From the IMG/VR virus record IMGVR_UViG_3300034190_002630: DNA of 64,000 bases. One strand, given 5' to 3'. The translations under genes and the position numbers were made by a program. Under the pieces are notes generated by a model. The model saw only the letters and a list, made by a program, of their open reading frames with translations, ran no database searches and was not told the origin of the DNA. Of this stretch, positions 1 through 9,761 are shown one piece after another. How positions within the stretch are numbered: position 1 is the stretch's first letter; every line of letters starts with the position of its first letter. The stretch comes from a virus.

Positions 1-2
1 TA

Positions 3-1007
3 ATGTTTTTTATTAATGAACAAGAAGACGCAGAGATACAATTTGGAACACGTGGAAATAAAAATGCATTTGATGATATTTTAAAAGCTAAAGAAGAATA
101 TAACATACCAGATACTATCAATGATTCACTAGGTGTTAGAAGAGTTAATATAAATGGTATCGAAGAAAATTTACATGCAAAAGCAAAAGCAAGATTTAAC
201 ACAACATTCCATGATTCTGCAACAGGTAGAACTGGTCCTACAGGTTACATTGATAATACGGACAGTGAGTATAGTGATGTAGGTGAGGCGATATATGTCA
301 AAAGAGCACCAACTGTTAGATTAGACACTGCGATTGCTTTGTACATGCCACCAACTGCAACTTTTGTTGATAACGCAAACTACACTGATACAGAGATTGG
401 TGCGGCTGCAAAAGCAGGTATGGATATCTACGCAGACGTAATGGCAGGTAAATCTATTGCAACTACAGTAGGAAACTCACTTGAACAATTAGGCCCTGCA
501 CTAAGTGAAGGTCTTACAAAAGCTTTACTTGGGGCAGTTGGTAATATACCTGGTTTTGGTGGAATGAGAGAAGCATATGAAATGGCTGCAGGTACAATAA
601 TCGCTGATAGAATGGAACTTGCATTTAAAGGTGTTGCAAAAAGAGTTTTTCAATTTAATTTTAAAATGATTCCAAAAAGTCAACAAGAAGCAGATGAGAT
701 AAGAAAAATAATATATGCATTTAGATTGAATATGTTACCAGAGTTCAAAGGTGGCAATCGTATGGGCAGAAAATTACGTGTACCAAGCACATTCAACATA
801 CAATATATGTACAATGGTGGTGAAAATAACTATTTACAGAAAATTTCTACTTGCGTTTTAGAGAATTGTACTGTATCATATGGAGGTGACAGATATAGAA
901 CGTTTACACCAAATGAAATAGGAGCACCACCTGTCGAAACAAGTTTGACACTCAACTTTAAAGAAATGGAACTTATCACTAAAGATAGAGTATTCGAGGG
1001 ATTTTAA
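3..1007 (+). CDS. gp48: Baseplate tail-tube cap (T4 gp48-like), probably 5'-truncated by the window edge
   Basis: IALYMP, ELAFKGV..RxFxFxFKMxPKSxxEA and PVETxLTLxFKEMELITK motifs; directly upstream of gp53. Confidence 0.85.
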   Translation: MFFINEQEDAEIQFGTRGNKNAFDDILKAKEEYNIPDTINDSLGVRRVNINGIEENLHAKAKARFNTTFHDSATGRTGPTGYIDNTDSEYSDVGEAIYVKRAPTVRLDTAIALYMPPTATFVDNANYTDTEIGAAAKAGMDIYADVMAGKSIATTVGNSLEQLGPALSEGLTKALLGAVGNIPGFGGMREAYEMAAGTIIADRMELAFKGVAKRVFQFNFKMIPKSQQEADEIRKIIYAFRLNMLPEFKGGNRMGRKLRVPSTFNIQYMYNGGENNYLQKISTCVLENCTVSYGGDRYRTFTPNEIGAPPVETSLTLNFKEMELITKDRVFEGF

Positions 1008-1537
1008 TGTACTTTGAACAATTTCCACTGATACCATATGATTCTGCTGGTAATGGTGTTACAAAAGACGTAACAAATATTTTTCGTAGAGTGGCAGTAC
1101 GTGCAAAAGTAAAAACAAACACAGCACTATTTGATACCTATGATGTTAAGGATGGTGAAACACCTGAGATGATTGCAGACAGATTATATGACGATGCAAA
1201 ACTTCATTGGGTTGTATTACTATTTAATGAGATACATGACAGATATCACCAATGGCCTATGTCAACAATTCAGTTTGAGGATTATTTAAATGACAAGTAT
1301 GGTGATAATCTTAGTTCAATACATCATTATGAAATCACTGAAGACTCTGGTCACGGTACAAAAAAAATAGACGTTGGAACAGTAAACACAGATTATCCAG
1401 CGGCAACTGCAATAACAAACAGAGAGTATGAAGAGAGTTTACAAAACGATAGACGAAGAATAAAATTATTAGATCCTAGATTTATAGATGATTTCGTAGA
1501 GGAATTTAAAACATTAATTAAAGAACGAGTTATTTAA
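1007..1537 (+). CDS. gp53: Baseplate wedge subunit (T4 gp53-like, LysM-like)
   Basis: MYFxxFP start, YDVKDGETPEMIAxxLY..HWVVLLFN, WP and RRIKLL motifs. Confidence 0.92.
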   Translation: MYFEQFPLIPYDSAGNGVTKDVTNIFRRVAVRAKVKTNTALFDTYDVKDGETPEMIADRLYDDAKLHWVVLLFNEIHDRYHQWPMSTIQFEDYLNDKYGDNLSSIHHYEITEDSGHGTKKIDVGTVNTDYPAATAITNREYEESLQNDRRRIKLLDPRFIDDFVEEFKTLIKERVI

Positions 1538-2943
1538 TGCCAATACAATATGCAGGTGAATATAGTTTAGATAAATGCATACTACTAACATCAGGTGGTA
1601 TACGTGTTGATTTAAAAGACACTGTTGTTCAAGTTGATTTATTTGAAGAGATATACAAAACAGGAATATTTGGTACAATCACAGTTGCAGATACAAATGG
1701 TATTGTACAAAACGCACAAGTCATAGGTCAAGATTATCTTAGACTAAAATTAAGCACACCAGGTTTAGATGAAAGAGATGCAGATAAATTTACCATAGAT
1801 TTTTCTGAAAATCCACTTGTCGTAACCAAAATAAATGCAAGATTTGATGTGTCAAAAGGTGGTGAAGTTTTTCAATTATCATTTATGTCACAAGAGGTTC
1901 TTCACAACTATAGACTAAAATTATCGAGAAGTTTTACAGAGATCAATTCTAATATAGTAGAAAACATTTTAAGAAGTCCAAATATTTTAGACTCAAGAAA
2001 AAAATTACATATTGAGGATACGATAGGCATTAGAAGACATGTAGTTCCTAATTTAACACCATTTGATTTTATATCTACATTGTTAGATGACTCAATATCT
2101 AAAGTAAATGGATCGCCACATTATTATTTTTTTGAAAACACAAAAGGTTTTCATTTTAGAACACTACAAAGTTTGTATAATCAACCAGTCACAGCATTTT
2201 TTAATGATGGTGATGCTGGAACTGTTTTGAATGAGGGTAAAACAAGAGACATAGAAAAAGAATTTAATACTGCATTGTCATATGAACCTTCATCACAAAA
2301 TGATATGCTTGCAAATATAATGGGTGGCATGTTAGGTAGTACATTTATCGAATACAATTTATTTCATAAAAAATATGCAATAAAAGAATACGGATATTTT
2401 GATAATTTTAGAGACTTTGAAAGAGTAAATGCAAAAACTATAAGTCGTGATAATCCTATATATAGTGAGGGAAGCGTTGATGACTCAGACAACAACGTAG
2501 GAGATTTTAAGAGTGCAAGAATTTTTCTTCAACCCAATAGCATTAATGAATCAAATCAAGGTGATGCAAGTCACTACAACACAAACACGACATCATATTC
2601 TTTCAGTCCAAACAATAAATCTAAATCAATCTCACACAACATGGCAAAAATGTTTGAATTAAATTCTACAATATCAGCAACTATGCAAGTCAACGGACAT
2701 TGTAATTTATCAGTTGGTAATATAGTTCATGTATCAAGACCTGCTGGAGGCCCAGGTGATATTGATGAAGAATTTTCTGGTAAGTTTTTAATCACAAAAC
2801 TAAGACACATATTTGATCAAGGAACAAGAAAACACGAGGTTCTAATGCATATTGCAAAAGACTCATCAGTTGGTGTTGATAATGGGCCTGTAAAACAAAT
2901 CAAAGGTAGAAATCAACCCACAATTAGGATATCAGAATATTAA
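1537..2943 (+). CDS. Putative baseplate hub protein (gp27-like fold)
   Basis: Position after gp53; YYFFEN..GFHFRTL and FSGKFLITKLRHIF motifs typical of hub proteins. Confidence 0.6.
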   Translation: MPIQYAGEYSLDKCILLTSGGIRVDLKDTVVQVDLFEEIYKTGIFGTITVADTNGIVQNAQVIGQDYLRLKLSTPGLDERDADKFTIDFSENPLVVTKINARFDVSKGGEVFQLSFMSQEVLHNYRLKLSRSFTEINSNIVENILRSPNILDSRKKLHIEDTIGIRRHVVPNLTPFDFISTLLDDSISKVNGSPHYYFFENTKGFHFRTLQSLYNQPVTAFFNDGDAGTVLNEGKTRDIEKEFNTALSYEPSSQNDMLANIMGGMLGSTFIEYNLFHKKYAIKEYGYFDNFRDFERVNAKTISRDNPIYSEGSVDDSDNNVGDFKSARIFLQPNSINESNQGDASHYNTNTTSYSFSPNNKSKSISHNMAKMFELNSTISATMQVNGHCNLSVGNIVHVSRPAGGPGDIDEEFSGKFLITKLRHIFDQGTRKHEVLMHIAKDSSVGVDNGPVKQIKGRNQPTIRISEY

Positions 2944-3000
2944 GGAGGTGCATCTATAAACATTTATATTATTCTATACACATAGTCAAGGAGTTCGATA

Positions 3001-3174
3001 ATGACAAACAAAAGAAAAACACGATTACGTAAAATGACTTTTTTAAACACACACCGACTATCAGATACAAATAAGGATAATAAATATCAAGTAGGAAAAG
3101 AGTTTATAGACAAGAGACATGATTACTTTATCACAATTAGTCCAAGAGTTGCAAGAGGGAGTTTACGACCCTAA
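3001..3174 (+). CDS. Small basic hypothetical protein (57 aa, not in the ORF track)
   Basis: AAGGAG at about 2987; MTNKRKTRLRKMTFL...; overlaps the start of the next gene. Confidence 0.35.
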   Translation: MTNKRKTRLRKMTFLNTHRLSDTNKDNKYQVGKEFIDKRHDYFITISPRVARGSLRP

Positions 3175-3793
3175 TATATTCAAAGCAATATTTCTAGCAG
3201 GTGGCCCTGGTTCTGGCAAATCATATGTTGCAAAAAGAACACTAGGAGGTCAAGGATTAAAAGTTGTCAACTCAGATGATGCATTTGAAAAATTACTTAA
3301 AAAGGCAGGTTTATCTTTACGAATGCCTGAGAGAGAAAAACTTCCAAGAGATATTGTAAGAACACGAGCAAAAGAGTTGACAAAGACACGTCAAACCAAT
3401 TATATTGAAGGAAGACTTGGTTTAATCATTGACGGTACAGGTCGTGATTATGATAGAATATCAAAACAAGCTGCACAGTTGCAAAACTTAGGATATGATA
3501 CTTATATGATATATGTAAATACATCATTAGAAGTGGCATTGCAAAGAAATGAAAAAAGGGCAAGACGAGTTGAAGATAGTATTGTAAAGTCATCATGGAA
3601 TGCTGTTCAACAAAACATTGGTAAGTTTTCTTTGTTTTTTAAGAATGGTTTTATTGTGGTCGATAATAATAGGGCAGACGAGGATGTCATGCGAGTGGTT
3701 TCTAAAAGAGTAAGATCATTACTAAAGAAACCAGTACAGAATGGTAGAGCGAAAGCATGGATACAGAACGAGTTACAAAAAAGAAAAAGATAA
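3119..3793 (+). CDS. P-loop kinase, zeta-toxin/AAA_33-like
   Basis: Walker A GGPGSGKS, VVNSDD, LIIDGTG and VNTSLEVALQRN.KR.R motifs. Confidence 0.8.
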   Translation: MITLSQLVQELQEGVYDPNIFKAIFLAGGPGSGKSYVAKRTLGGQGLKVVNSDDAFEKLLKKAGLSLRMPEREKLPRDIVRTRAKELTKTRQTNYIEGRLGLIIDGTGRDYDRISKQAAQLQNLGYDTYMIYVNTSLEVALQRNEKRARRVEDSIVKSSWNAVQQNIGKFSLFFKNGFIVVDNNRADEDVMRVVSKRVRSLLKKPVQNGRAKAWIQNELQKRKR

Positions 3794-4398
3794 GAATTAT
3801 TTGCACAAGAACTGGCACTAAATTTAGTCAGTGGTGGGAAGACAATCTTAAATATATGATTGATCAATACTCTAATATTGAGTATGATGAATTTGTTTGT
3901 ATTCGTGACAATCGTTTTGAAGATGATTATGGCACATTTAATAATCTAATTATGTTTGATCAGTTTCGTGATAACGATTGGATAAATTTACAATTCGACT
4001 TAGATGTTATCATAAAGGGTGATTGTAATAAATTTTTAAAAGATGAGTTGCATGTTTGTGACGGTAGACAATGGCAAAGTGATATTAGTTATGAACTAAC
4101 AGGCATAAGTTCTGATATATTATCATGGTCTGGTGATTACTCACATATCTATCAAAAAGTTGTTGATGATGTCGATTACTATTATCTTAAATATAGATCA
4201 GGTATCGATACATATCTTGCAAAAGAACATAATCCAAAACGATTTACAGAGGGTTATACATCTATAAGAACACTTACAGATTTCAACAAACATGATGTAG
4301 TAATATTCAATGGTCATTATGAAACGATGTTAAAAAGAGGTTGGTGGCATGAATATACTATGAATCCTAAACCATGGTGGAATGATATTGACAAATAA
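3757..4398 (+). CDS. Glycosyltransferase-like protein (GT-A, DxD)
   Basis: ICxxTGTKFS, FDLDVII (DxD), SSxILSW and VVIFNG motifs. Confidence 0.65.
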   Translation: MDTERVTKKKKIRIICTRTGTKFSQWWEDNLKYMIDQYSNIEYDEFVCIRDNRFEDDYGTFNNLIMFDQFRDNDWINLQFDLDVIIKGDCNKFLKDELHVCDGRQWQSDISYELTGISSDILSWSGDYSHIYQKVVDDVDYYYLKYRSGIDTYLAKEHNPKRFTEGYTSIRTLTDFNKHDVVIFNGHYETMLKRGWWHEYTMNPKPWWNDIDK

Positions 4399-4416
4399 TA
4401 ATAATTATGATATAAA
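4388..4416 (+). promoter_or_regulatory. sigma70-type promoter
   Basis: TTGACA-17 nt-TATAAA with an extended -10 TG; ATG 8 nt downstream. Confidence 0.7.
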
Positions 4417-4424
4417 AGTAAATA

Positions 4425-4601
4425 ATGTATGAAAATTCAGAATCAATACTTGTGCCGGGCACAATAGTAGAACACGTTGAATATCCCGAATGGGGTCAAG
4501 GACAAGTTCAGTCTTGTATTAATAACACTGTGACTATTAACTTTCAGAACGCAGGTAAAAAAACACTAAAAGTAGAATACGAAAAATTTAAATTGTTATG
4601 A
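4425..4601 (+). CDS. DUF3553-like small protein (58 aa, not in the ORF track)
   Basis: LVPGTIVEH..YPEWGQGQVQSCINNTVTINFQNAGK; its stop overlaps the next ATG (ATGA). Confidence 0.75.
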   Translation: MYENSESILVPGTIVEHVEYPEWGQGQVQSCINNTVTINFQNAGKKTLKVEYEKFKLL

Positions 4602-5290
4602 AAATAGTAATCATAGGATTTGGTGTTGTTGGTCAAGCGACAAAAGAAACACTAAAAGGTAATAATACTATAGAGATACATGATCCAAAAAAGGGTCATA
4701 TTTCTAATTATAAGGACGCTGACGTGGTTTTTATATGTACGCCTTATGAACATGTGGGAAGTTATTTAAATGAACTCAAAGATCATGAATTAGTGTTTGT
4801 AAGAAGTACAATACAGTTTGAGTGGGTGTTGAATACAAACATTGCAGTATGGCCAGAGTTCTTGACAGAGAGAACATGGAAAGAAGATGCTGTAAATCCG
4901 TTGTGTTGTATTTGTGGTGGCACAATACGTCAACTAGAAACATTAAAAAATTTAACAAAATTTAAATATATTAAATCTTGGTATCATACTGAAAACCATA
5001 CGGCAGCATTGATGAAAAATGCAACAAATGTTTTTTATACGATGAAAGTTTCATATGCAAATATATTATACGACATATGTCAAAAATATAATATCTCATA
5101 CGACAAATTAAAAGATTGTATTACTGAAGATCCACGAATGGGAACTCAACATTGGGATGTGCCAGGACCTGACGGTAAACTTGGTTATGGTGGAAAGTGT
5201 TTTCCACAAAACTTAGAGATGATGAAAGATCTGATCAAAGATAATGATCTGCTTATAGAGATAGAGAGATATAATAATACAAGAAGATAA
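4598..5290 (+). CDS. UDP-glucose/GDP-mannose dehydrogenase family (truncated phage form)
   Basis: Rossmann IIGFGVVG; RST, PEFL, K..N.F..KV, DPRMG and GYGGKCFP motifs. Confidence 0.85.
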   Translation: MKIVIIGFGVVGQATKETLKGNNTIEIHDPKKGHISNYKDADVVFICTPYEHVGSYLNELKDHELVFVRSTIQFEWVLNTNIAVWPEFLTERTWKEDAVNPLCCICGGTIRQLETLKNLTKFKYIKSWYHTENHTAALMKNATNVFYTMKVSYANILYDICQKYNISYDKLKDCITEDPRMGTQHWDVPGPDGKLGYGGKCFPQNLEMMKDLIKDNDLLIEIERYNNTRR

Positions 5291-5291
5291 T

Positions 5292-5366
<75 letters not shown>

Positions 5367-5475
5367 AAAAATTCATAAAAATCATTGATAAGAAAATAAT
5401 GCACACCTTGTATGCTTTAATAACAATTGTAAATCAAACATTTTTCATATAAATTATAATTGAATAGGAGACAAC

Positions 5476-5571
5476 ATGTTAAAAAAAATTATCAAACTAA
5501 CAAAATTTGTCAAATTAATGAAATTAGGAATGAAAAAAAATGTTAAAGAAGCTTTTAACTTCGTTAAGTGA
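5476..5571 (+). CDS. 31-aa basic amphipathic peptide
   Basis: AGGAG RBS; MLKKIIKLTKFVKLMKLGMKKNVKEAFNFVK. Confidence 0.45.
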   Translation: MLKKIIKLTKFVKLMKLGMKKNVKEAFNFVK

Positions 5572-5692
5572 TTTACTTACACCAAAAACACAACAACAAA
5601 TCGAGGAAGAATATCTAAGTCAAGCAGTTGATCGATATGACCTCGAATGGAGACAAAGAGAACTAATGAACAAGAAAGGATATTGGATATGA
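5540..5692 (+). CDS. DUF3563-like small protein (50 aa)
   Basis: EEEYLSQAVDRYDLEWRQREL resembles the family pattern YLxxAxDxYDLExRxREL. Confidence 0.65.
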   Translation: MLKKLLTSLSDLLTPKTQQQIEEEYLSQAVDRYDLEWRQRELMNKKGYWI

Positions 5693-5760
5693 GAAAACCA
5701 ATTTTCGCAACAGACATCAGATTTTATGGCACATCGCTATTTAAGGTATTGAAAGGTTAA

Positions 5761-5943
5761 ATGAAATGGCACAATTATACAAGAATTTTAAATCTTTATT
5801 TACTACTAACGATACTGATAATGGTATTATTACTTTTTGTAAGACCGAATATGGATCTGACTGGTTCTGGGCGTATCGCACATACCAAACAGAAGGAAAA
5901 TTTCCCTCAATTTTCACTAGAATTTAATAAATCCCCTACCTGA
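5761..5943 (+). CDS. Small membrane-anchored hypothetical protein
   Basis: GAAAGG RBS; hydrophobic stretch ILNLYLLLTILIMVLLLFV. Confidence 0.5.
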   Translation: MKWHNYTRILNLYLLLTILIMVLLLFVRPNMDLTGSGRIAHTKQKENFPQFSLEFNKSPT

Positions 5944-6002
5944 CAGAATGTCGCAGGGGGTTTACCCCTTATTTTTCAACGTTTTTTCCACCAAATTAGA
6001 CC

Positions 6003-6037
6003 TTGACAATATAGTCAAAAACCCTGTATATTATAAT
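6003..6037 (+). promoter_or_regulatory. Early sigma70-like promoter (leaderless)
   Basis: TTGACA at 6003 followed by TGTATATTATAAT and ATGATG; same layout as the promoter at 63820. Confidence 0.6.
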
Positions 6038-6039
6038 TG

Positions 6040-6255
6040 ATGATGAAATTTAAAGTTACATGGAAACGTGGATACGGTGATTCAGACGGAAAGTCTGAGA
6101 TCGTTAATTTTGACGAATTATTAGATTGGAATTTAGACGCATATTTGGGTGACGAATGGATCGATGAGTTCAAAGAAATGACTGTCGGTGGTGACATCAA
6201 ATATGTTTACGGCCCATGCGGTGAAGAAGAAGTACATTATGAAAGGATCGCTTAA
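6040..6255 (+). CDS. Hypothetical early protein
   Basis: ORF directly after the promoter; coupled to the next ORF. Confidence 0.6.
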   Translation: MMKFKVTWKRGYGDSDGKSEIVNFDELLDWNLDAYLGDEWIDEFKEMTVGGDIKYVYGPCGEEEVHYERIA

Positions 6256-6548
6256 TGAAAAAACCTAACTTATCAAAACTAGAATACTGGTTAAAATTAA
6301 AAGATCAAATGAGAGGTATGAGTGTCAAAGATTTGGATATCATTATTCAAATGGCGACAGAACAAAAACGAAATCTAGGAAAGATGTCGTCTTTCAAATA
6401 TTCTCTCGGTGATCAAGTAATGTTTGGCAGACCAAATGGTCGTCAACGACTTGGTAAGATCGTGAAACTTAACCCTGCGAAAGCACTGATTGAAGAAGTC
6501 GGTGGTTCGAAATGGAGAGTTCCTTACTCTCTAATTAAGGCGGCGTAA
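6255..6548 (+). CDS. Hypothetical protein with SH3/KOW-like C-terminus
   Basis: YSLGDQVMF..GKIVKLNP.KA.I..WRVPYSLI. Confidence 0.65.
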   Translation: MKKPNLSKLEYWLKLKDQMRGMSVKDLDIIIQMATEQKRNLGKMSSFKYSLGDQVMFGRPNGRQRLGKIVKLNPAKALIEEVGGSKWRVPYSLIKAA

Positions 6549-6712
6549 TGATCGTTAAAAAACAAAAATCAAGAGATGCAAAAAGGTACGTGTTAACATC
6601 ACGTGCCAGAAATAAACAATTAGGTCTTATTAAAAAGTCATCTAAAAAATCAATGCGACAGTATAATAAACAGATGACAGATATAAGATACATGGATTCA
6701 CACTATGCCTAA
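6548..6712 (+). CDS. Small basic hypothetical protein (54 aa)
   Basis: TAATG coupling; fills the gap between flanking ORFs. Confidence 0.45.
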   Translation: MIVKKQKSRDAKRYVLTSRARNKQLGLIKKSSKKSMRQYNKQMTDIRYMDSHYA

Positions 6713-6956
6713 AGATGAATTAGAACAGTTTAAAGTAGAACCTATTACATTTACTAGGGTCACTTTAGAAGTTGAAAAAATACGTATTGATGATATACTA
6801 GATCAATATCGTAGAAAAATGCAAGATAGACCTCTTAAAGAAAATGAAAATCTAAACATGAATAGGTTTGAGGGATATATGCAAGGGTTATATTTTATGG
6901 AAAAAGTTATCATGGAGGCGCTGAATGAGCAATCAAAGACCCGGCAAATTCACTAA
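6705..6956 (+). CDS. Hypothetical protein
   Basis: Part of the tightly packed ORF chain. Confidence 0.55.
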   Translation: MPKDELEQFKVEPITFTRVTLEVEKIRIDDILDQYRRKMQDRPLKENENLNMNRFEGYMQGLYFMEKVIMEALNEQSKTRQIH

Positions 6957-7140
6957 AGGATTAGATTCAGGTATGAACGAAATGAACCTGAAGAAATCGT
7001 TGTATCTTGCCGCTACACTATTAGAAAATGCTGACAAAGAAGACGAGGCATTTTATTTTCATCAACTTGTCGAATGGATTCAAGACGGAAACAAACTACC
7101 GTTAGAACCCAAAGAAATGGAGAGAGCACTTGGCATCTAA
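6925..7140 (+). CDS. Hypothetical protein
   Basis: GGAGG RBS; packed chain. Confidence 0.65.
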   Translation: MSNQRPGKFTKGLDSGMNEMNLKKSLYLAATLLENADKEDEAFYFHQLVEWIQDGNKLPLEPKEMERALGI

Positions 7141-8101
7141 AATCGATAATAGATTACCTATTCTTAGTGATGCAGTAAGACCACCTGAAGTAGAGGGTGT
7201 TGATTTTATTGAGTTTGCTTGGATTAAAGTAAGTGAATTAAAAGAAAAATATTTTGATAAAAAATTTAATCCTAGAGTAACTGATGTTGATCATAATAAA
7301 ATAACTGAGTTTTCAAAACTTATCAAAAATAATACTTACAGACATTTTAGTTTTTTTCCACCAGTCATTTGTCTGACAGTAAATAAATTAGTTAGTGGTT
7401 ATCATAAATTTATGGCTCATCGAGCACAGTCATTAGAATATATTTTTGTTGCGTTTGTAAAAACAAACGGATCAGAAGTAAACGCAAAAAACTATGGCGT
7501 TATTTGTAATGCACCACAAAATGAATATGTCAATAATCCTAGAGATCAAAGAGACATCATTCAATTAGTTATTGAAAATTTAGAAGAACAAGGATATAAT
7601 GATGATCACGCCCCACAAGATACAACTATTCAAAAAGTATATAATACTTTAAGAGTTCAAAAATCTGAAATATCTTTTGCAAAATTATTGAGAGAAATCA
7701 AAAAGAATTTCAATAAATTACAAACGCTTAAAACATATTCACCAGATGAATTAAAAGAATATGTTCATGAGAAGTATGGTGATCAAGAATCTAATAAAGG
7801 TCCTTTGGCCGATGTTTCATTCAAAAATTATGATAAGGATTCTGATAGACCATGGAAAGATGATAGAGTATGGTATATAGAATCAATGTGTCATCGTGAT
7901 GATCAAAAAAATCCAGCACTACGAACCGCAAGATATATGGCATTTACTGAAACTATAGATTTAGAAAAAGCCCGAATGAATAAAAAAAAGTCTATTGAAC
8001 AAATAAAGAGAGATATTTTGAGAGCAGCTGAGATAATAAAACACAAGGATTTTGTAGACCCAGAACTTATTTTTGTTAATCAAAGTTATGATGCTGACTA
8101 A
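7130..8101 (+). CDS. Hypothetical protein with ParB/Srx-like N-terminal domain
   Basis: NPR..D..KI, PPVI and LVSGYHKFMA (ParB-like GxHR box); TTG start. Confidence 0.55.
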   Translation: MASKIDNRLPILSDAVRPPEVEGVDFIEFAWIKVSELKEKYFDKKFNPRVTDVDHNKITEFSKLIKNNTYRHFSFFPPVICLTVNKLVSGYHKFMAHRAQSLEYIFVAFVKTNGSEVNAKNYGVICNAPQNEYVNNPRDQRDIIQLVIENLEEQGYNDDHAPQDTTIQKVYNTLRVQKSEISFAKLLREIKKNFNKLQTLKTYSPDELKEYVHEKYGDQESNKGPLADVSFKNYDKDSDRPWKDDRVWYIESMCHRDDQKNPALRTARYMAFTETIDLEKARMNKKKSIEQIKRDILRAAEIIKHKDFVDPELIFVNQSYDAD

Positions 8102-8594
8102 AGATCAAAGCGATAATTGTTATACTTGTTTTCATAAGATGAGATCATCATTATGGATGTGGAATAAACCAGAATTTAAACAAAGAAACCTCTGGCGAAT
8201 ATTTTATACTGACATATCAACAATTACAAGTGGTATTATATCTTTAAAGGCATCAGAAAAAAATTATGCATATGAAAATGATCGATTGGTTGATGAACAC
8301 TGGTCAACACCAGAAAAAATTGGTAAATTTATTTTTGATAATGCATCAGAATATCTTGAGGATTATGATAAATTTAAACAATTATATATGACATGTTCAA
8401 TGACAATCAAGACTTTAAAATCAGAAAACATCACTTTATCAAAACAAAAAGGAGTGCGAGTATTAGAAAAATATAAAAATGCTAGTATTAATCTTATTCA
8501 TCCAAAACTTGGCGTATTAATGCTTGATGACGGTGATGAATTTCCGTTTACATTACCAGAAAAATTCTTACAACAGGAAGGAAAATATGACTAA
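8073..8594 (+). CDS. Hypothetical protein
   Basis: 173-aa ORF; start may be the ATG near 8088-8091. Confidence 0.6.
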   Translation: MLIKVMMLTKDQSDNCYTCFHKMRSSLWMWNKPEFKQRNLWRIFYTDISTITSGIISLKASEKNYAYENDRLVDEHWSTPEKIGKFIFDNASEYLEDYDKFKQLYMTCSMTIKTLKSENITLSKQKGVRVLEKYKNASINLIHPKLGVLMLDDGDEFPFTLPEKFLQQEGKYD

Positions 8595-8778
8595 AAAAAC
8601 ATACACATATCACAATAATTCTAGGGTTGCCAGATACTTTGCAGAAAAACGTGGTGGAAAGTATATCGGTTTTATGGGTGATCTAGAATTACAATTAGAG
8701 ATTATAAAAGATAATAACAGAGATAAAGATATACGAACATCTAAAAAGGGTGCATATGTAGTTGAGTATGACAAGTGA
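8587..8778 (+). CDS. Hypothetical protein
   Basis: GGAAGG RBS before ATG 8587. Confidence 0.55.
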   Translation: MTKKTYTYHNNSRVARYFAEKRGGKYIGFMGDLELQLEIIKDNNRDKDIRTSKKGAYVVEYDK

Positions 8779-8968
8779 TATTATTGAAAGTATTATTGAT
8801 GTAGGAAGTGGTTTTCTACTTGCGATTGTCATACAATTACTCATATTTCCGTTGTTCGATCTATATCCAAGTATATTAGACAGTATGGGCATTGCTTTGA
8901 TATTTACTGTGGTATCCATGACAAGATCAGCGTTATGGCGTAGATATTTTAGAAAACGAAGAGTATGA
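8762..8968 (+). CDS. Small two-TM membrane protein of a common phage family
   Basis: ESIIDVGSGFLLA..IFPLF..IFTVVS..R..WRRYF. Confidence 0.7.
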   Translation: MSMTSDIIESIIDVGSGFLLAIVIQLLIFPLFDLYPSILDSMGIALIFTVVSMTRSALWRRYFRKRRV

Positions 8969-9087
8969 CAGATGAACAAATAAAAGAGTTATTAGAGATG
9001 TTTCCAAACATACCAAACCCAGACGAACAACCTCTGGTGTTTGACTATTATATACGTGTTTATAAATTTTTGAAAGGGGTAAAATGA
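8965..9087 (+). CDS. Hypothetical 40-aa protein
   Basis: MTDEQIKELLEMFPNIPNPDEQPLVFDYYIRVYKFLKGVK; ATGA coupling. Confidence 0.5.
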   Translation: MTDEQIKELLEMFPNIPNPDEQPLVFDYYIRVYKFLKGVK

Positions 9088-9252
9088 ATGCGAGTTTTTC
9101 TAATTTCAGTGGTTATTTTTATAGTCCTAGTTCTAGGAATACTATATACTCAACCACAAAGATGGTTCTATCACAGTCACGAATGCGATGGTGGAATAGG
9201 TGGTGGATGCAACTTATCAACAGGCAAAGGAAATTTTTTAACGAGGTGGTAA
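9088..9252 (+). CDS. 54-aa signal-anchored peptide with a CDGGIGGGC loop
   Basis: Hydrophobic N-terminus; GAAAGGGG RBS. Confidence 0.55.
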   Translation: MRVFLISVVIFIVLVLGILYTQPQRWFYHSHECDGGIGGGCNLSTGKGNFLTRW

Positions 9253-9253
9253 T

Positions 9254-9565
9254 ATGAGACAATTTACTTACGATACATGGAACAGTATTATGGATGCCAA
9301 TTGGAATCCATTACGACACATAAAAGACATGCAAGTACGACATTTGGTACTACAATTATTGGCATGGATGTGGTGTATCACATTTTCACTATATTTCGGA
9401 TCATTTGTAATATTCGGATATAGTGCTGCGGCACACTTTATTATTATTCTAGCAGTAGTAGTGACAGTCGCTACATTTAAAACAGCAGAAAATTTTAAAA
9501 CGCATGACGGAACACTGAAATACGAGGAGGCACAGGCTCCAAGTAAATACGAGGATATTTGGTAG
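9254..9565 (+). CDS. Membrane protein resembling marine proteobacterial/phage homologues
   Basis: GAGGTG RBS; WNSIMD..NPLRHI.D.QVRH.VLQ.LAWMWC. Confidence 0.75.
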   Translation: MRQFTYDTWNSIMDANWNPLRHIKDMQVRHLVLQLLAWMWCITFSLYFGSFVIFGYSAAAHFIIILAVVVTVATFKTAENFKTHDGTLKYEEAQAPSKYEDIW

Positions 9566-9566
9566 A

Positions 9567-9761
9567 ATGACGCAACCACATAAAGACATGTATCACAATC
9601 CGAATCTGAATGTAAAAGATTGGTGGAAAAGAATACCTGATAGTATTGAGTACGGAACAACAAGTTACGAAACAAAATACAGTTATCAGATATGTCCAAG
9701 TTGTGAGACAGATTTAGTCGATAACAAATGCGTTGTATGTGAACAAACAGAGGATGAGTAA
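9567..9761 (+). CDS. Small Zn-ribbon protein
   Basis: CPSC...CVVC. Confidence 0.55.
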   Translation: MTQPHKDMYHNPNLNVKDWWKRIPDSIEYGTTSYETKYSYQICPSCETDLVDNKCVVCEQTEDE

